32,000 nt of DNA from Candidatus Saccharimonadota bacterium (lineage in GTDB: Bacteria; Bacteroidota; Bacteroidia; Cytophagales; Amoebophilaceae). Under the pieces are notes generated by a model, which was not told the DNA's origin, made no database searches, and was given only the letters and a program-made list of their open reading frames with translations. Position numbers and translations under genes: made by a program. Below, one piece after another: positions 1 through 7,803 of this stretch (within the stretch, counting starts at the first letter, position 1; each line of letters starts with the position of its first letter). The stretch covers positions 960,001 through 992,000 of the forward strand of contig NZ_OZ034918.1 in the NCBI RefSeq assembly GCF_964030745.1. The letters are read 5' to 3'.

Positions 1-187
1 GAACTTCATTACACGCCTGTAGCTGTGCCCCTTATCTCCTTCGATAAAAAGTCTGGCCCGATAGTAAATAGCTGAATCGATATCTTTTTCAGCGGGAAAA
101 TCGTGAACTCAGCCCGCAAGCGGGCTTCAAACAGACGATTTTCTAATCCGCTGAAAAAGATATCGATCAGGTGTTCGTGTTTTACTA
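1..187 (-). mobile_element. MITE-A arm in reverse orientation; left part of a composite element running to 517
   Basis: Near-identical to 13259-13435. Its reverse complement matches the A arms at about 9890-10020, 12030-12185, 24520-24690 and 24835-25000. It contains the long hairpin core. The outer end is degenerate or cut by the window edge. Confidence 0.85.
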
Positions 188-328
188 GGCCTCTTGCAAA
201 ACCTATTTCTAATGGCAATTTTGGTGTCGAAGCTTGTCTATGCTCCTCAAATACATTAAGTATTCTGCGGTGCTCAACTACACTTCTCCTAAAAATTGCT
301 CATCACAAAGTAGGTTTTGCAAGAGGCC
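188..328 (+). mobile_element. MITE-B, a 141-bp palindromic MITE nested inside the composite element
   Basis: Terminal inverted repeats are ggcctcttgcaaaacct.. and ..aggttttgcaagaggcc. It is flanked by the direct repeat TACTA (183-187 and 329-333). It is about 97% identical to the reverse complement of 11873-12012. Confidence 0.9.
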
Positions 329-517
329 TACTAGAGCGCCATTTTTTTATCGAAGGAGACGCGGGGCTGATAATGATAAGAAAAGCTATTGTGGCCGCAT
401 TCCTTTATCGGTGGCCACAAGTGCTGCGTATACCAATATTCCATGTAAAAAATGCTGTTCTACTTAATAGTCAATAATATTTATTTCTTAAGCCCGCGCT
501 ATTGCAAGGACAGATGC
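329..517 (-). mobile_element. arm C of the composite MITE (alternative partner arm to arm D)
   Basis: ctagagcgccattttttt-atcgaaggagacgcgg.. then diverges from arm D. The same arm recurs at 13436-13495 plus 13652-13755, and in degenerate form at 7661-7803. It ends in a TIR-like ..ggacagatgc. Confidence 0.75.
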
Positions 518-579
518 TACTGCATAACCTTTATACAAAATTAACCGCTAATAGGTTAAAAACAATGTGGACACGTAAT

Positions 580-3300
580 TTACATAAAGTTTCGATCTTT
601 TATAGGTGCAACTGGCTCATGTGCTTCCAACCAATTGCTGCCTATATTCCAGTTTACTTTAATGGGTACATTTTCCAGTGGCAAGGCTTGTTCCATGAGT
701 AGCGGAATATGGTGCTGCAGGTCGGCGACTTCTGCTGCTGGTACATTAAAAACCAGTTCGTCGTGTACTTGTATAATCAGTTTGCTTTTCAGTTTATGGC
801 TTTCTAGCCAATGGTGAATCTGAATCATAGCCAGCTTAATCATTTCGGCAGCACTGCCTTGAATAGGGGTATTGATCGCATTGCGTTCTGCAACACTGCG
901 CAGCATGCTATTGCGGGCGTGTATATCGGGTAGTGGACGTTTTCTACCCAGTAGAGTGGTTACATAGCCATTTGCTTGGGCTTTGGCAATGGTTGTTTCC
1001 ATATATCTTTTAATACCTGGAAATTCTTGAAAATAGGCAGCAATCAACTCAGCTGCTTCTTGTCTAGATAAATTGCCCATTCGTTCCGATAGGCCAAAGG
1101 GAGAAATGCCATATATGATGCCAAAGTTGGCTATTTTAGCCTTTCGACGCATTTCTTCATCTACCTCCTCTGTTTTAAAGAGTTTGCTAGCAGTGATTCG
1201 GTGGATGTCTTTGTCTGCCTGAAAGGCCATGATCATTGTGGCATCTTGTGCATAAGCTGCCATAATCCGTAGCTCTATTTGGGAATAGTCGGCAGCAAAG
1301 AGCAGCGCTCCTTTCTGGTGTGGAATAAATGCTTTGCGCAATGCGCGCCCTATGGGGGTTCTAATTGGTATGTTTTGTAAATTAGGCGCTGTAGCACTCA
1401 ACCGGCCTGTAGTTACCACGGTTTGGTGATAAGTGGTATGCAGCCGCTTGTCTATCGGGTGGACCATTTTTGGCAATGCATCTACATAGGTAGAACGGAG
1501 CTTCTGCCAGCCACGGTATTCCATAATGGCTGCAATAATAGGATGCGTTTTGGTTAACTTGGCCAATACCGCTTCGCCTGTGGCGTATTGCCCTCCTTTG
1601 GTTTTAATCGGTTTTGCCTGCAGCTGCAATCTTTCAAATAATACCTCACCCAGTTGTTTGGGAGAATCAATATTGAATCTGGTTTGGGCCAATGTGTAAA
1701 TCTTTTGCGTCAGATCATCAGTGGTGCACTTCATCTTTTCCCCTAGGGTGGCTAGAAAGGGCAAATCAATGGAAACCCCTTCCTGTTCCATGGCTGCCAA
1801 TACTTGTACCAATGGCATTTCAACCCGGTAAAATAGGTCGGCCACGCCTTGTTCTGTTAGTGCTTGGGCAATAGTTGGGTACATTTGTAAGGCGAGGTCG
1901 GCCTGCTCGCCTACCGCTGCTTTGAGCCGCTGGGAGGTTGCTGCTGCTATATGGATTGGGTTAGGGGTATGGTCTAGATATTGTGCAGATAATGCAGCAA
2001 AATGGTGCGGTCTATCTGGTGCAATCAACGCATGCGCAATCATTGTATCAAATAGGGGAGGGGCCATGCTGAGTCCATGGCGCTGCAATACGATCAGTGT
2101 ATGTTTTAAGTTATGTCCTATTTTGACCGCATCTGTTTGGTCAAATAGGGACTTGAGTAGCGATAAAAATGGTTTGGCTGCTGTTGCATCTGTAGGTATG
2201 GCTATATAGTCCGCTTGGCCAGTTTGATAAGCAAAAGCAATGCCTAATAAATCAGCCAGGTGTGCATCCATATTGGTGGTGGCTATATCAAAGGCCCATA
2301 TGGTTGCTTTTTGCAGCTTTTGCATCAATGCTTGGCAGTCTGCCAGGGTCTCTATAAGGGTATAGCCTGCCTTTTGTGCTGTTTCAAATAGATTTGCTGT
2401 TTGCGTGCCAAATAGTCGCTTATTGAGTTGTCTAAATTCCAGTAGGGTAAACAGCGGCTCCAATTTGCTTCTATTGGGCCCTCGGTAATGGCATTGGTCC
2501 CAATCTAGTGTAATGGGGACATCTGTGCAAATAGTGGCCAGCTGTTTGGAAAGCAGCGCTTGGTCTGCATATTGCACGATAGCGGCTTGGAGCTTGCCCG
2601 TTAGCTGATGGCTATGTGCTAGTAAATTTTCCAGATTATCGAACTCCTTTATAAGCTTTCGAGCAGTTTTTTTGCCAATAGAGGGAATACCTGGAATAAA
2701 ATCAGAGGGATCTCCTTCTAACGCTAAAATATCTTTGATTTGTGCTGGTCTAGCAATCTCCCATTGGGCCAAGATTTCTTTTTCGCCGAGTATGGTTGCG
2801 CTTTGACCATGGCTGCTGGGTTTATATAGGTAAACACCCTCTTGCACCATTTGGGCCAAGTCTTTGTCTGTGGACATGATGTAGGTAGTAGCCCCTACCG
2901 CCTTTTGGGCCAATGTGCCCAGCAGGTCATCTGCTTCATAGCCACTATAGGTTATAGATGCAATGCCAAACCCCTCTAGAATCGATTTGATATAGGGAAT
3001 GGCTAGAGAGAGCTCTTCTGGTTGCGCTGGCCTGTGGGATTTATAGGCTGGAAATAGCTTGTGTCGAAAGGTTTTCTCTTTGCTATCAAAGGCAACGATC
3101 AAGTGGGTCGGCTTTTCTTTTTGTAATACCTCTACTAGGGTATTGACAAAGCCCAGTATGGCGCCTGTTTTAACACCTTGTGTGGTAGTAGGAGCTGCTT
3201 TTCCAAGGGCAAAATAGGCCCTGTAGATGAGCGACATACCATCTATTAAAAAGAGCTTTTTAGGTGAATATACTTGCTCATCGCTTTGGTTTGTGGACAT
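580..3300 (-). CDS. polA: DNA polymerase I (5'-nuclease, degenerate 3'-5' exonuclease-like and family A polymerase domains)
   Basis: 906-aa ORF. The N-terminus has the 5'-nuclease motif LIDGMSLIYRAYFA. The C-terminus has family A motifs: DYSQIELRIMA (motif A), RRKAKIANFGIIYG (motif B) and QVHDELVF (motif C). Confidence 0.95.
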   Translation of the reverse strand: MSTNQSDEQVYSPKKLFLIDGMSLIYRAYFALGKAAPTTTQGVKTGAILGFVNTLVEVLQKEKPTHLIVAFDSKEKTFRHKLFPAYKSHRPAQPEELSLAIPYIKSILEGFGIASITYSGYEADDLLGTLAQKAVGATTYIMSTDKDLAQMVQEGVYLYKPSSHGQSATILGEKEILAQWEIARPAQIKDILALEGDPSDFIPGIPSIGKKTARKLIKEFDNLENLLAHSHQLTGKLQAAIVQYADQALLSKQLATICTDVPITLDWDQCHYRGPNRSKLEPLFTLLEFRQLNKRLFGTQTANLFETAQKAGYTLIETLADCQALMQKLQKATIWAFDIATTNMDAHLADLLGIAFAYQTGQADYIAIPTDATAAKPFLSLLKSLFDQTDAVKIGHNLKHTLIVLQRHGLSMAPPLFDTMIAHALIAPDRPHHFAALSAQYLDHTPNPIHIAAATSQRLKAAVGEQADLALQMYPTIAQALTEQGVADLFYRVEMPLVQVLAAMEQEGVSIDLPFLATLGEKMKCTTDDLTQKIYTLAQTRFNIDSPKQLGEVLFERLQLQAKPIKTKGGQYATGEAVLAKLTKTHPIIAAIMEYRGWQKLRSTYVDALPKMVHPIDKRLHTTYHQTVVTTGRLSATAPNLQNIPIRTPIGRALRKAFIPHQKGALLFAADYSQIELRIMAAYAQDATMIMAFQADKDIHRITASKLFKTEEVDEEMRRKAKIANFGIIYGISPFGLSERMGNLSRQEAAELIAAYFQEFPGIKRYMETTIAKAQANGYVTTLLGRKRPLPDIHARNSMLRSVAERNAINTPIQGSAAEMIKLAMIQIHHWLESHKLKSKLIIQVHDELVFNVPAAEVADLQHHIPLLMEQALPLENVPIKVNWNIGSNWLEAHEPVAPIKDRNFM

Positions 3301-3319
3301 ATTGCAACGGTTTTATCAT

Positions 3320-4282
3320 TTACCATGAGTCGGTAAAAAATCCACTTCCTCTGTACTCCCTGCCACCATGTGTATGGTCTAGTGTGGCATGACATCCTAC
3401 TACAGGGCATTTGTTGAATCCAGGCATACATAGGCTGATGCCCACTTGCGCTACTATACCACCTGTATAATGGCTGACGCTAATCAGATGATCCGGGCTG
3501 GATGGTTCATATGCTTCTAAAAACTCATTGTATAAACAAAAACCATAAGCAAGGCGAAGGTTCCAATTCAGGTAACGCGAAAGCTGTTTTTCCCATGTAC
3601 TCCCCAAATCCAAATTACGTTGGTAGACCCAATAACCCCGTTTACCTAGTTCAGAAAAGTTATAGATGCAGGGTGCCCAAGTAGTATCTATTAATACAGT
3701 ATAATATTGACTATTAACTATTTTAAATCCTACTCGCAGCAAAGGGGTCCAAGTAAAATAGTAGCCATGTTCAGGTATATAGCTGAACCCTTTGGTTTCG
3801 TTATTTGGATCATCATGTAAGGCTTTGCTACCAATCCATTGGCCCGTCATGTTTTTTAAAAAAGAACATCGTATAGCTGTACCGGCGCCAATACGTAACT
3901 GGTAGAGGTCTATAGATGCCAAAAGTTGGGCGGCAAGGGTTATACCTTTTCCTGTAAAACCAAAAATCCCTTTAGGATCATAACCAATTTGTTCGGAATC
4001 ATCTTTATCCTTATCCCTTTCAAAATAAATAGAAGGCGCATGGTGCCAACGTATGCGGTAGGCTTGTATCGTAGTGCCATTTATGGGTGCACCATTGATT
4101 TCCATTTCACCATCCTGTCTACCAGGGTGCATGCCACTAATATGGGTTGTATAGCTATCTGCTTTGATACAAAAGCTACTGTGTAGCTGAATGTTGTTCC
4201 AAAAGGAGTGGCTGGTTGCTTGCAATGCGGTCAATGGGGCAAGCCAAAGTAAGAAAGTTAAGCGAAACTTCAAGAGATGCAT
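3320..4282 (-). CDS. hypothetical secreted protein, possibly an outer-membrane beta-barrel
   Basis: 320-aa ORF ending 19 nt upstream of the polA start on the same strand, which looks like an operon. It has a signal-peptide-like N-terminus (MHLLKFRLTFLLWLAPLTALQA), a G/Y/W/F-rich strand-like composition and an aromatic C-terminal residue (..GFFTDSW). I recognise no family. Confidence 0.55.
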   Translation of the reverse strand: MHLLKFRLTFLLWLAPLTALQATSHSFWNNIQLHSSFCIKADSYTTHISGMHPGRQDGEMEINGAPINGTTIQAYRIRWHHAPSIYFERDKDKDDSEQIGYDPKGIFGFTGKGITLAAQLLASIDLYQLRIGAGTAIRCSFLKNMTGQWIGSKALHDDPNNETKGFSYIPEHGYYFTWTPLLRVGFKIVNSQYYTVLIDTTWAPCIYNFSELGKRGYWVYQRNLDLGSTWEKQLSRYLNWNLRLAYGFCLYNEFLEAYEPSSPDHLISVSHYTGGIVAQVGISLCMPGFNKCPVVGCHATLDHTHGGREYRGSGFFTDSW

Positions 4283-4424
4283 GTTTAATTTTTTTTCCTC
4301 TGCAATAGCCCTTAAAATTAGATTTTTTTACCTTTATTTCCTAATTTAAACCAGTCGATGTGCGCTATCTGCCAGTGGGTTTATGGAGTGCTTTGTGGAA
4401 TGGCTGGCGTAGCATTTAACCATA

Positions 4425-4564
4425 GACCTTCTGCAAAAGCTATTTGAGGTGAGCAATTTTTAGGAGCAGCGCAGTCGAGCACCGCAGCATACTAGATGTA
4501 TTTGAGGAGCATAGACAAGCTTCGACACCAAAATTGCCATTAGAAATAGCTTTTGCAGAAGGTC
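4425..4564 (-). mobile_element. MITE-B copy in the divergent intergenic region, ending 14 nt before the lpxB ATG
   Basis: gaccttctgcaaaagc ... gcttttgcagaaggtc TIRs, with an interior that is collinear with the other copies. The flanking pentamers are ccata / tcata. Confidence 0.9.
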
Positions 4565-4578
4565 TCATAAAAATACCC

Positions 4579-5691
4579 ATGCGTTATTATATTATTGCTG
4601 GTGAGCATTCGGGAGATATGCATGGGGCTGATTTGATTAGGCAGCTCAAAGCGATAGATGGCCATGCCGATTTTTGGGCTTGTGGAGGTGGCCAGATGTC
4701 CCAAGCTATAGGAGAGCCTTGTAGGGTAGATGGTTCAACGATGGCCTATATGGGGATAGATTTTTTAAAAAAGTGGTATACCCTATGGAAGTTGCTAAAA
4801 TTTTGTCAAAAAAGCTTACTTGACTATCGGCCTGATGTAGTCATTTTAATTGACTATAGTGGTTTCAATATGCGGCTGGCTCCATTTGCCAAGCGGCATG
4901 GATTTCAAGTACACTACTATATACCGCCCAAGATCTGGGCACATGGCCGGCAAAGAATAGAAAAGATCAAGCAGTATGTAGACCATGTTTGGTCCATATT
5001 GCCCTTTGAGGCAGCCTATTACCACGCTCAGGGCTATGATGCCATCGATTATGTAGGCAATCCGCTGGTACAAAGCGTAGCTGATTATGCTATCAACCCC
5101 GATTTTAGAGCAGCAAATAAACTCGATGAGCGGCCTATTGTAGCCTTATTGCCTGGTAGTAGATTGGATGAAATTCGGCGTCTATTGCCGCTTATGGTTG
5201 CGCAAGCGGAGCATTTTAAAGCCTATCAATTTGTAGTAGCTGGATTGCGTGCCATGCCAGCCAGCTTGTATCAAGCCATATGCCCACCTACTGTGCAACT
5301 GGTTTATGACCAAACCTACGACCTAATGGCTGTTGCACAAGCCGGGGTTATTGCTTCTGGAACAGCTAGTCTAGAAGCTGCTTTGTTTGACTTACCCCAA
5401 ATAGTGGTCTATAAGACCCATCCCTTCGCTTATTGGTTTTACAAATGGGTTGTCACGGTAAAACATATCTCTTTGGTCAATCTGCTTATGCATCACCCAG
5501 TTGTGCCAGAATTGATTCAATACCAACTCACTGGTAACAAGCTTTGTATTGCTTTACAGGATCTTTTATCAGGCCATGGCCGTGTCCAACAAAAAGAAGC
5601 CTATGCAGTGGTTCGCCGGTTACTAGGGCAACAACATGCTGCTGGAGCGGTAGCCAAGTGTATAGTAGCCCATACAAAACGGACGGTTTAA
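4579..5691 (+). CDS. lpxB: lipid-A-disaccharide synthase
   Basis: The LpxB-type N-terminus MRYYIIAGEHSGDMHGADLIRQLK is followed by full-length GT19-like sequence. I moved the start from the track's 4534 to the ATG at 4579, because the first 15 codons of the longer ORF lie inside a MITE-B copy (4425-4564). Confidence 0.9.
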   Translation: MRYYIIAGEHSGDMHGADLIRQLKAIDGHADFWACGGGQMSQAIGEPCRVDGSTMAYMGIDFLKKWYTLWKLLKFCQKSLLDYRPDVVILIDYSGFNMRLAPFAKRHGFQVHYYIPPKIWAHGRQRIEKIKQYVDHVWSILPFEAAYYHAQGYDAIDYVGNPLVQSVADYAINPDFRAANKLDERPIVALLPGSRLDEIRRLLPLMVAQAEHFKAYQFVVAGLRAMPASLYQAICPPTVQLVYDQTYDLMAVAQAGVIASGTASLEAALFDLPQIVVYKTHPFAYWFYKWVVTVKHISLVNLLMHHPVVPELIQYQLTGNKLCIALQDLLSGHGRVQQKEAYAVVRRLLGQQHAAGAVAKCIVAHTKRTV

Positions 5692-5703
5692 CCCTAAAAA
5701 ATA

Positions 5704-6132
5704 ATGGAAAAAAAAACAGGTAGGATTGTAGCGATAGATTATGGACTCAAGCGGGTGGGCATTGCTGTAACCGATCCTTTACAGGTCATTGCTATGCCTT
5801 TTACGACCATAGCGACTTCTACTTTGTTTTCTTTTTTAAAGGACTATTTGCAACAAGAAAAAGTCGTCAGCTTTGTAATGGGTATGCCCAAGGGGTTAAA
5901 TGGTCAGCCCTCTAAAATGAGTGGCGTAGTGGAAAGGGTTGGTGTGCAATTAAAAGCGGCATTTCCAGGGCAAACGCTCTATTACCAGGATGAGCGGTTT
6001 ACCTCTAAACTGGCCATGCAGGGGCTCTATCAAGCCGGCTATTCTAAAAAGGATAGGGGGGAGAAAGGGAATATAGATAAGGTAAGCGCTGCCATTATCT
6101 TGCAGTCTTTTTTAAATGTTTATGACCGCTGA
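5704..6132 (+). CDS. ruvX: YqgF/RuvX-family putative Holliday junction resolvase / pre-16S rRNA nuclease
   Basis: 142 aa, with RIVAIDYGLKRVGIAVTD at the N-terminus and DERFTS..A further on, both typical of YqgF. It lies 12 nt after the lpxB stop. Confidence 0.9.
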   Translation: MEKKTGRIVAIDYGLKRVGIAVTDPLQVIAMPFTTIATSTLFSFLKDYLQQEKVVSFVMGMPKGLNGQPSKMSGVVERVGVQLKAAFPGQTLYYQDERFTSKLAMQGLYQAGYSKKDRGEKGNIDKVSAAIILQSFLNVYDR

Positions 6133-6181
6133 TAAAGGCATTTAGCGCTGCAGCAAAAATAAGAAAACAGATGGTTTAAAG

Positions 6182-6270
6182 GTATCTATTCACGCCTGTG
6201 GCTCGGCCTCTTTATTTCTTTTGATAACCTTGTCTCTCCTTCAATAAAAAGTATGGCGTGGTAGTAGGAT
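6182..6270 (-). repeat. degenerate fragment of a MITE-A end
   Basis: It starts with the family TIR gtatctattcacgcctgtggct. Decayed and duplicated versions of ..ttatctccttcgataaaaagtctgg.. follow. Confidence 0.6.
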
Positions 6271-6478
6271 CCTTTAATATTTCGTTAGCATGCTCCCGGC
6301 ATTCCTTTATTTTCTCCATTATGAAGTCGCTATCCTTTGTCTCTTTTAGTTGTGTAGTAGTTGATATTTAATCTGACAGGCAGTAAAAATTTAGAATGTA
6401 TACATGTCAGTTAAATTTAGTTTGTTAGATGTGCTTTTAAGATACGTGATTTGATTATTTTTTTGAAAGACTAGTTTT

Positions 6479-7561
6479 TTACTTTCTTTTGCCATGTTGA
6501 GCTGAATTCTGCTTGCAATATTCTCTTTTTGCATCTTTTTCCCTATCCTGAATCTGGCTAAAGGTAGACATTAGGCTCTTGTCTGCTAAAATATTCTGGC
6601 GATCCTTAATATTAGTTGGCTTTACGGCACTTTTCGTCTCCTCCTCTTTGGGCCTCTTTTCGTCGTTGCTAGGATCACTCTTTGCTAGGTTACCTTGTGT
6701 ATCATTATTTTTTTGACAAGCTTTTAAACTTTTCTCCAGGTCCTTCATCAGTTCCTCCATCAGTTCCTCCATCAATTTTTTTCCGCATTCCTTAACACTG
6801 TTTTGTATGGTATCTTGGCATGCCGGAGGCATTTTCGCTAGGATTTCTGGATCCTTGAAGTAATCAGCAATGAGTTCCCATTTTGTATTGAACTGTTCAA
6901 TCGTTAAGTCGTTTAGTTGTTGACATGCAGGACCCGAAGCTATTTCGTGACACTTGTCTAGGAATTTATTAGCTTGCTTGTTCGTCTCACTAGTTTCAGG
7001 TGGAGGAGGATAATTGTCCAGGCAAGTAACAAGGTGCTCCAGTTCTTTAAGTGGTAGCGTAAGGCACCAATCCTTAACTTTCTGTTTAAAAGAGGAAAAA
7101 TGATCCCCCATTCGCTTTTTTAACTTATCATCTATAGAGTTAATATCTAGTTGTTCAGCGTACAAATTGTTCTCTTTATTCTGGATTTGAGTGGATGCGT
7201 TCATCCGATATATTAGACTCTTGATGCTAGCCATTATTGCCTTTTTATAACATATTTCTATTTTGCTATCAAACAGTGTTTTGAACTTGCCCTGCAATTC
7301 CTGCAATATTCTATTTTCTGTAGTCTCGTTCGGGTCCTTTTCCTGATTTTGGTTCGGATTATTGTTCTTCTCCTCTTCCGGATTACTTTTGTTCTCCTCT
7401 TCCGGATTACTTTTGTTCTCCTCGTTCAGGGTCTCTTTGGGCTTGGGGTATCCATATGATACGCTCTGGATCTTTTCCTTCTCACTAGACTTATCACAGC
7501 TAGCCACTACACTTACTACTGTAACCAAATAAACTAAAGTTGATTTATAGGAATATTGCAT
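6479..7561 (-). CDS. orphan lipoprotein, paralog family member 1 (360 aa)
   Basis: The signal peptide MQYSYKSTLVYLVTVVSVVASC has a lipobox-like Cys. It is followed by an acidic repeat linker (EENKSNPE x2-3), the module DWCLTLPLKELEHLV and the module KWELIADYF. All of these are shared with the neighbouring ORFs. Confidence 0.7.
   Translation of the reverse strand: MQYSYKSTLVYLVTVVSVVASCDKSSEKEKIQSVSYGYPKPKETLNEENKSNPEEENKSNPEEEKNNNPNQNQEKDPNETTENRILQELQGKFKTLFDSKIEICYKKAIMASIKSLIYRMNASTQIQNKENNLYAEQLDINSIDDKLKKRMGDHFSSFKQKVKDWCLTLPLKELEHLVTCLDNYPPPPETSETNKQANKFLDKCHEIASGPACQQLNDLTIEQFNTKWELIADYFKDPEILAKMPPACQDTIQNSVKECGKKLMEELMEELMKDLEKSLKACQKNNDTQGNLAKSDPSNDEKRPKEEETKSAVKPTNIKDRQNILADKSLMSTFSQIQDREKDAKREYCKQNSAQHGKRK
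6746..6775 (-). repeat. 12-bp in-frame tandem repeat (2.5 units) inside paralog 1
   Basis: catcagttcctc x2 plus a partial unit, encoding LMEELMEELM. Confidence 0.85.
7351..7422 (-). repeat. 24-bp in-frame tandem repeat (3 units, the first diverged) inside paralog 1
   Basis: cttccggattacttttgttctcct at 7375-7398 and 7399-7422, with a diverged unit at 7351-7374. It encodes (E)ENKSNPE repeats. Paralog 2 has one unit fewer at the homologous place (about 9141-9190). Confidence 0.85.
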
Positions 7562-7660
7562 ATAATTTTATACTTTAATATCAAAAGCGTACCTTTTTAA
7601 AAATTGTTATTTGGTTGGTAGAATTAAGTTTAAAGAGTTGTCATAAGGATTAATCTATTA

Positions 7661-7803
7661 TGGCCACAAAAAATGGCGTTCTATTTAATAATCAACAATA
7701 TTTATGTCCTAAGTTGACACCATTGTCCGAACAGATACAAATAATTTGATGCTCAATCAAATCAAGTCCCTAAGGGTATTGTGCTACATTCCTTTATCGG
7801 TGG
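7661..7803 (-). repeat. degenerate, internally deleted arm-C fragments abutting the stop codon of paralog 2
   Basis: tggccacaaaaaatggcgttctatttaataatcaacaatatttat..ccgaacagatac matches the arm-C end. gctacattcctttatcggtgg at about 7785-7803 matches the arm-C interior. Confidence 0.6.

Noticed and set aside
9-477. These are ORFs encoded entirely by repeat DNA. They include 9-218(-), 103-477(+) and 234-467(+). Their look-alikes are 9707-10039, 11731-11967, 13371-13619, 13486-13719, 24537-24722, 24688-24885, 29374-29685 and 31118-31321. Several give near-identical peptides, for example SGLENRLFEARLRAEFTIFPLKKISIQLFTIGPDFLSKEIRG.
   Set aside because: The recurring peptides simply reflect MITE copies. 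The elements are palindromic, occur in both orientations, and carry nested insertions that would disrupt any frame. They also have inverted termini and target duplications. I treat them as non-coding mobile DNA.
635-3431. These are short ORFs inside or antisense to the long genes. In polA they are 635-817, 1692-1874, 1922-2209 and 3246-3431. Similar ones lie in the OMP-like ORF, lpxB, uvrA, alaS, the GlgA-like gene, the ABC exporter, the mlaD-like gene and der.
   Set aside because: All are embedded in much longer, homology-supported reading frames and have no recognisable features of their own.
4534-4578. Longer lpxB start (MPLEIAFAEGLIKIP..) from the ORF track.
   Set aside because: These 15 codons lie inside the MITE-B copy. 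The same 'peptide' (PLEI.FA.GL) is produced by other MITE-B copies, and LpxB homology begins at the Met at 4579.
5708-5716. A9 tract in codons 2-5 of ruvX.
   Set aside because: Poly-A runs encoding Lys-Lys are common in AT-rich genomes. The frame is intact and nothing suggests regulation.
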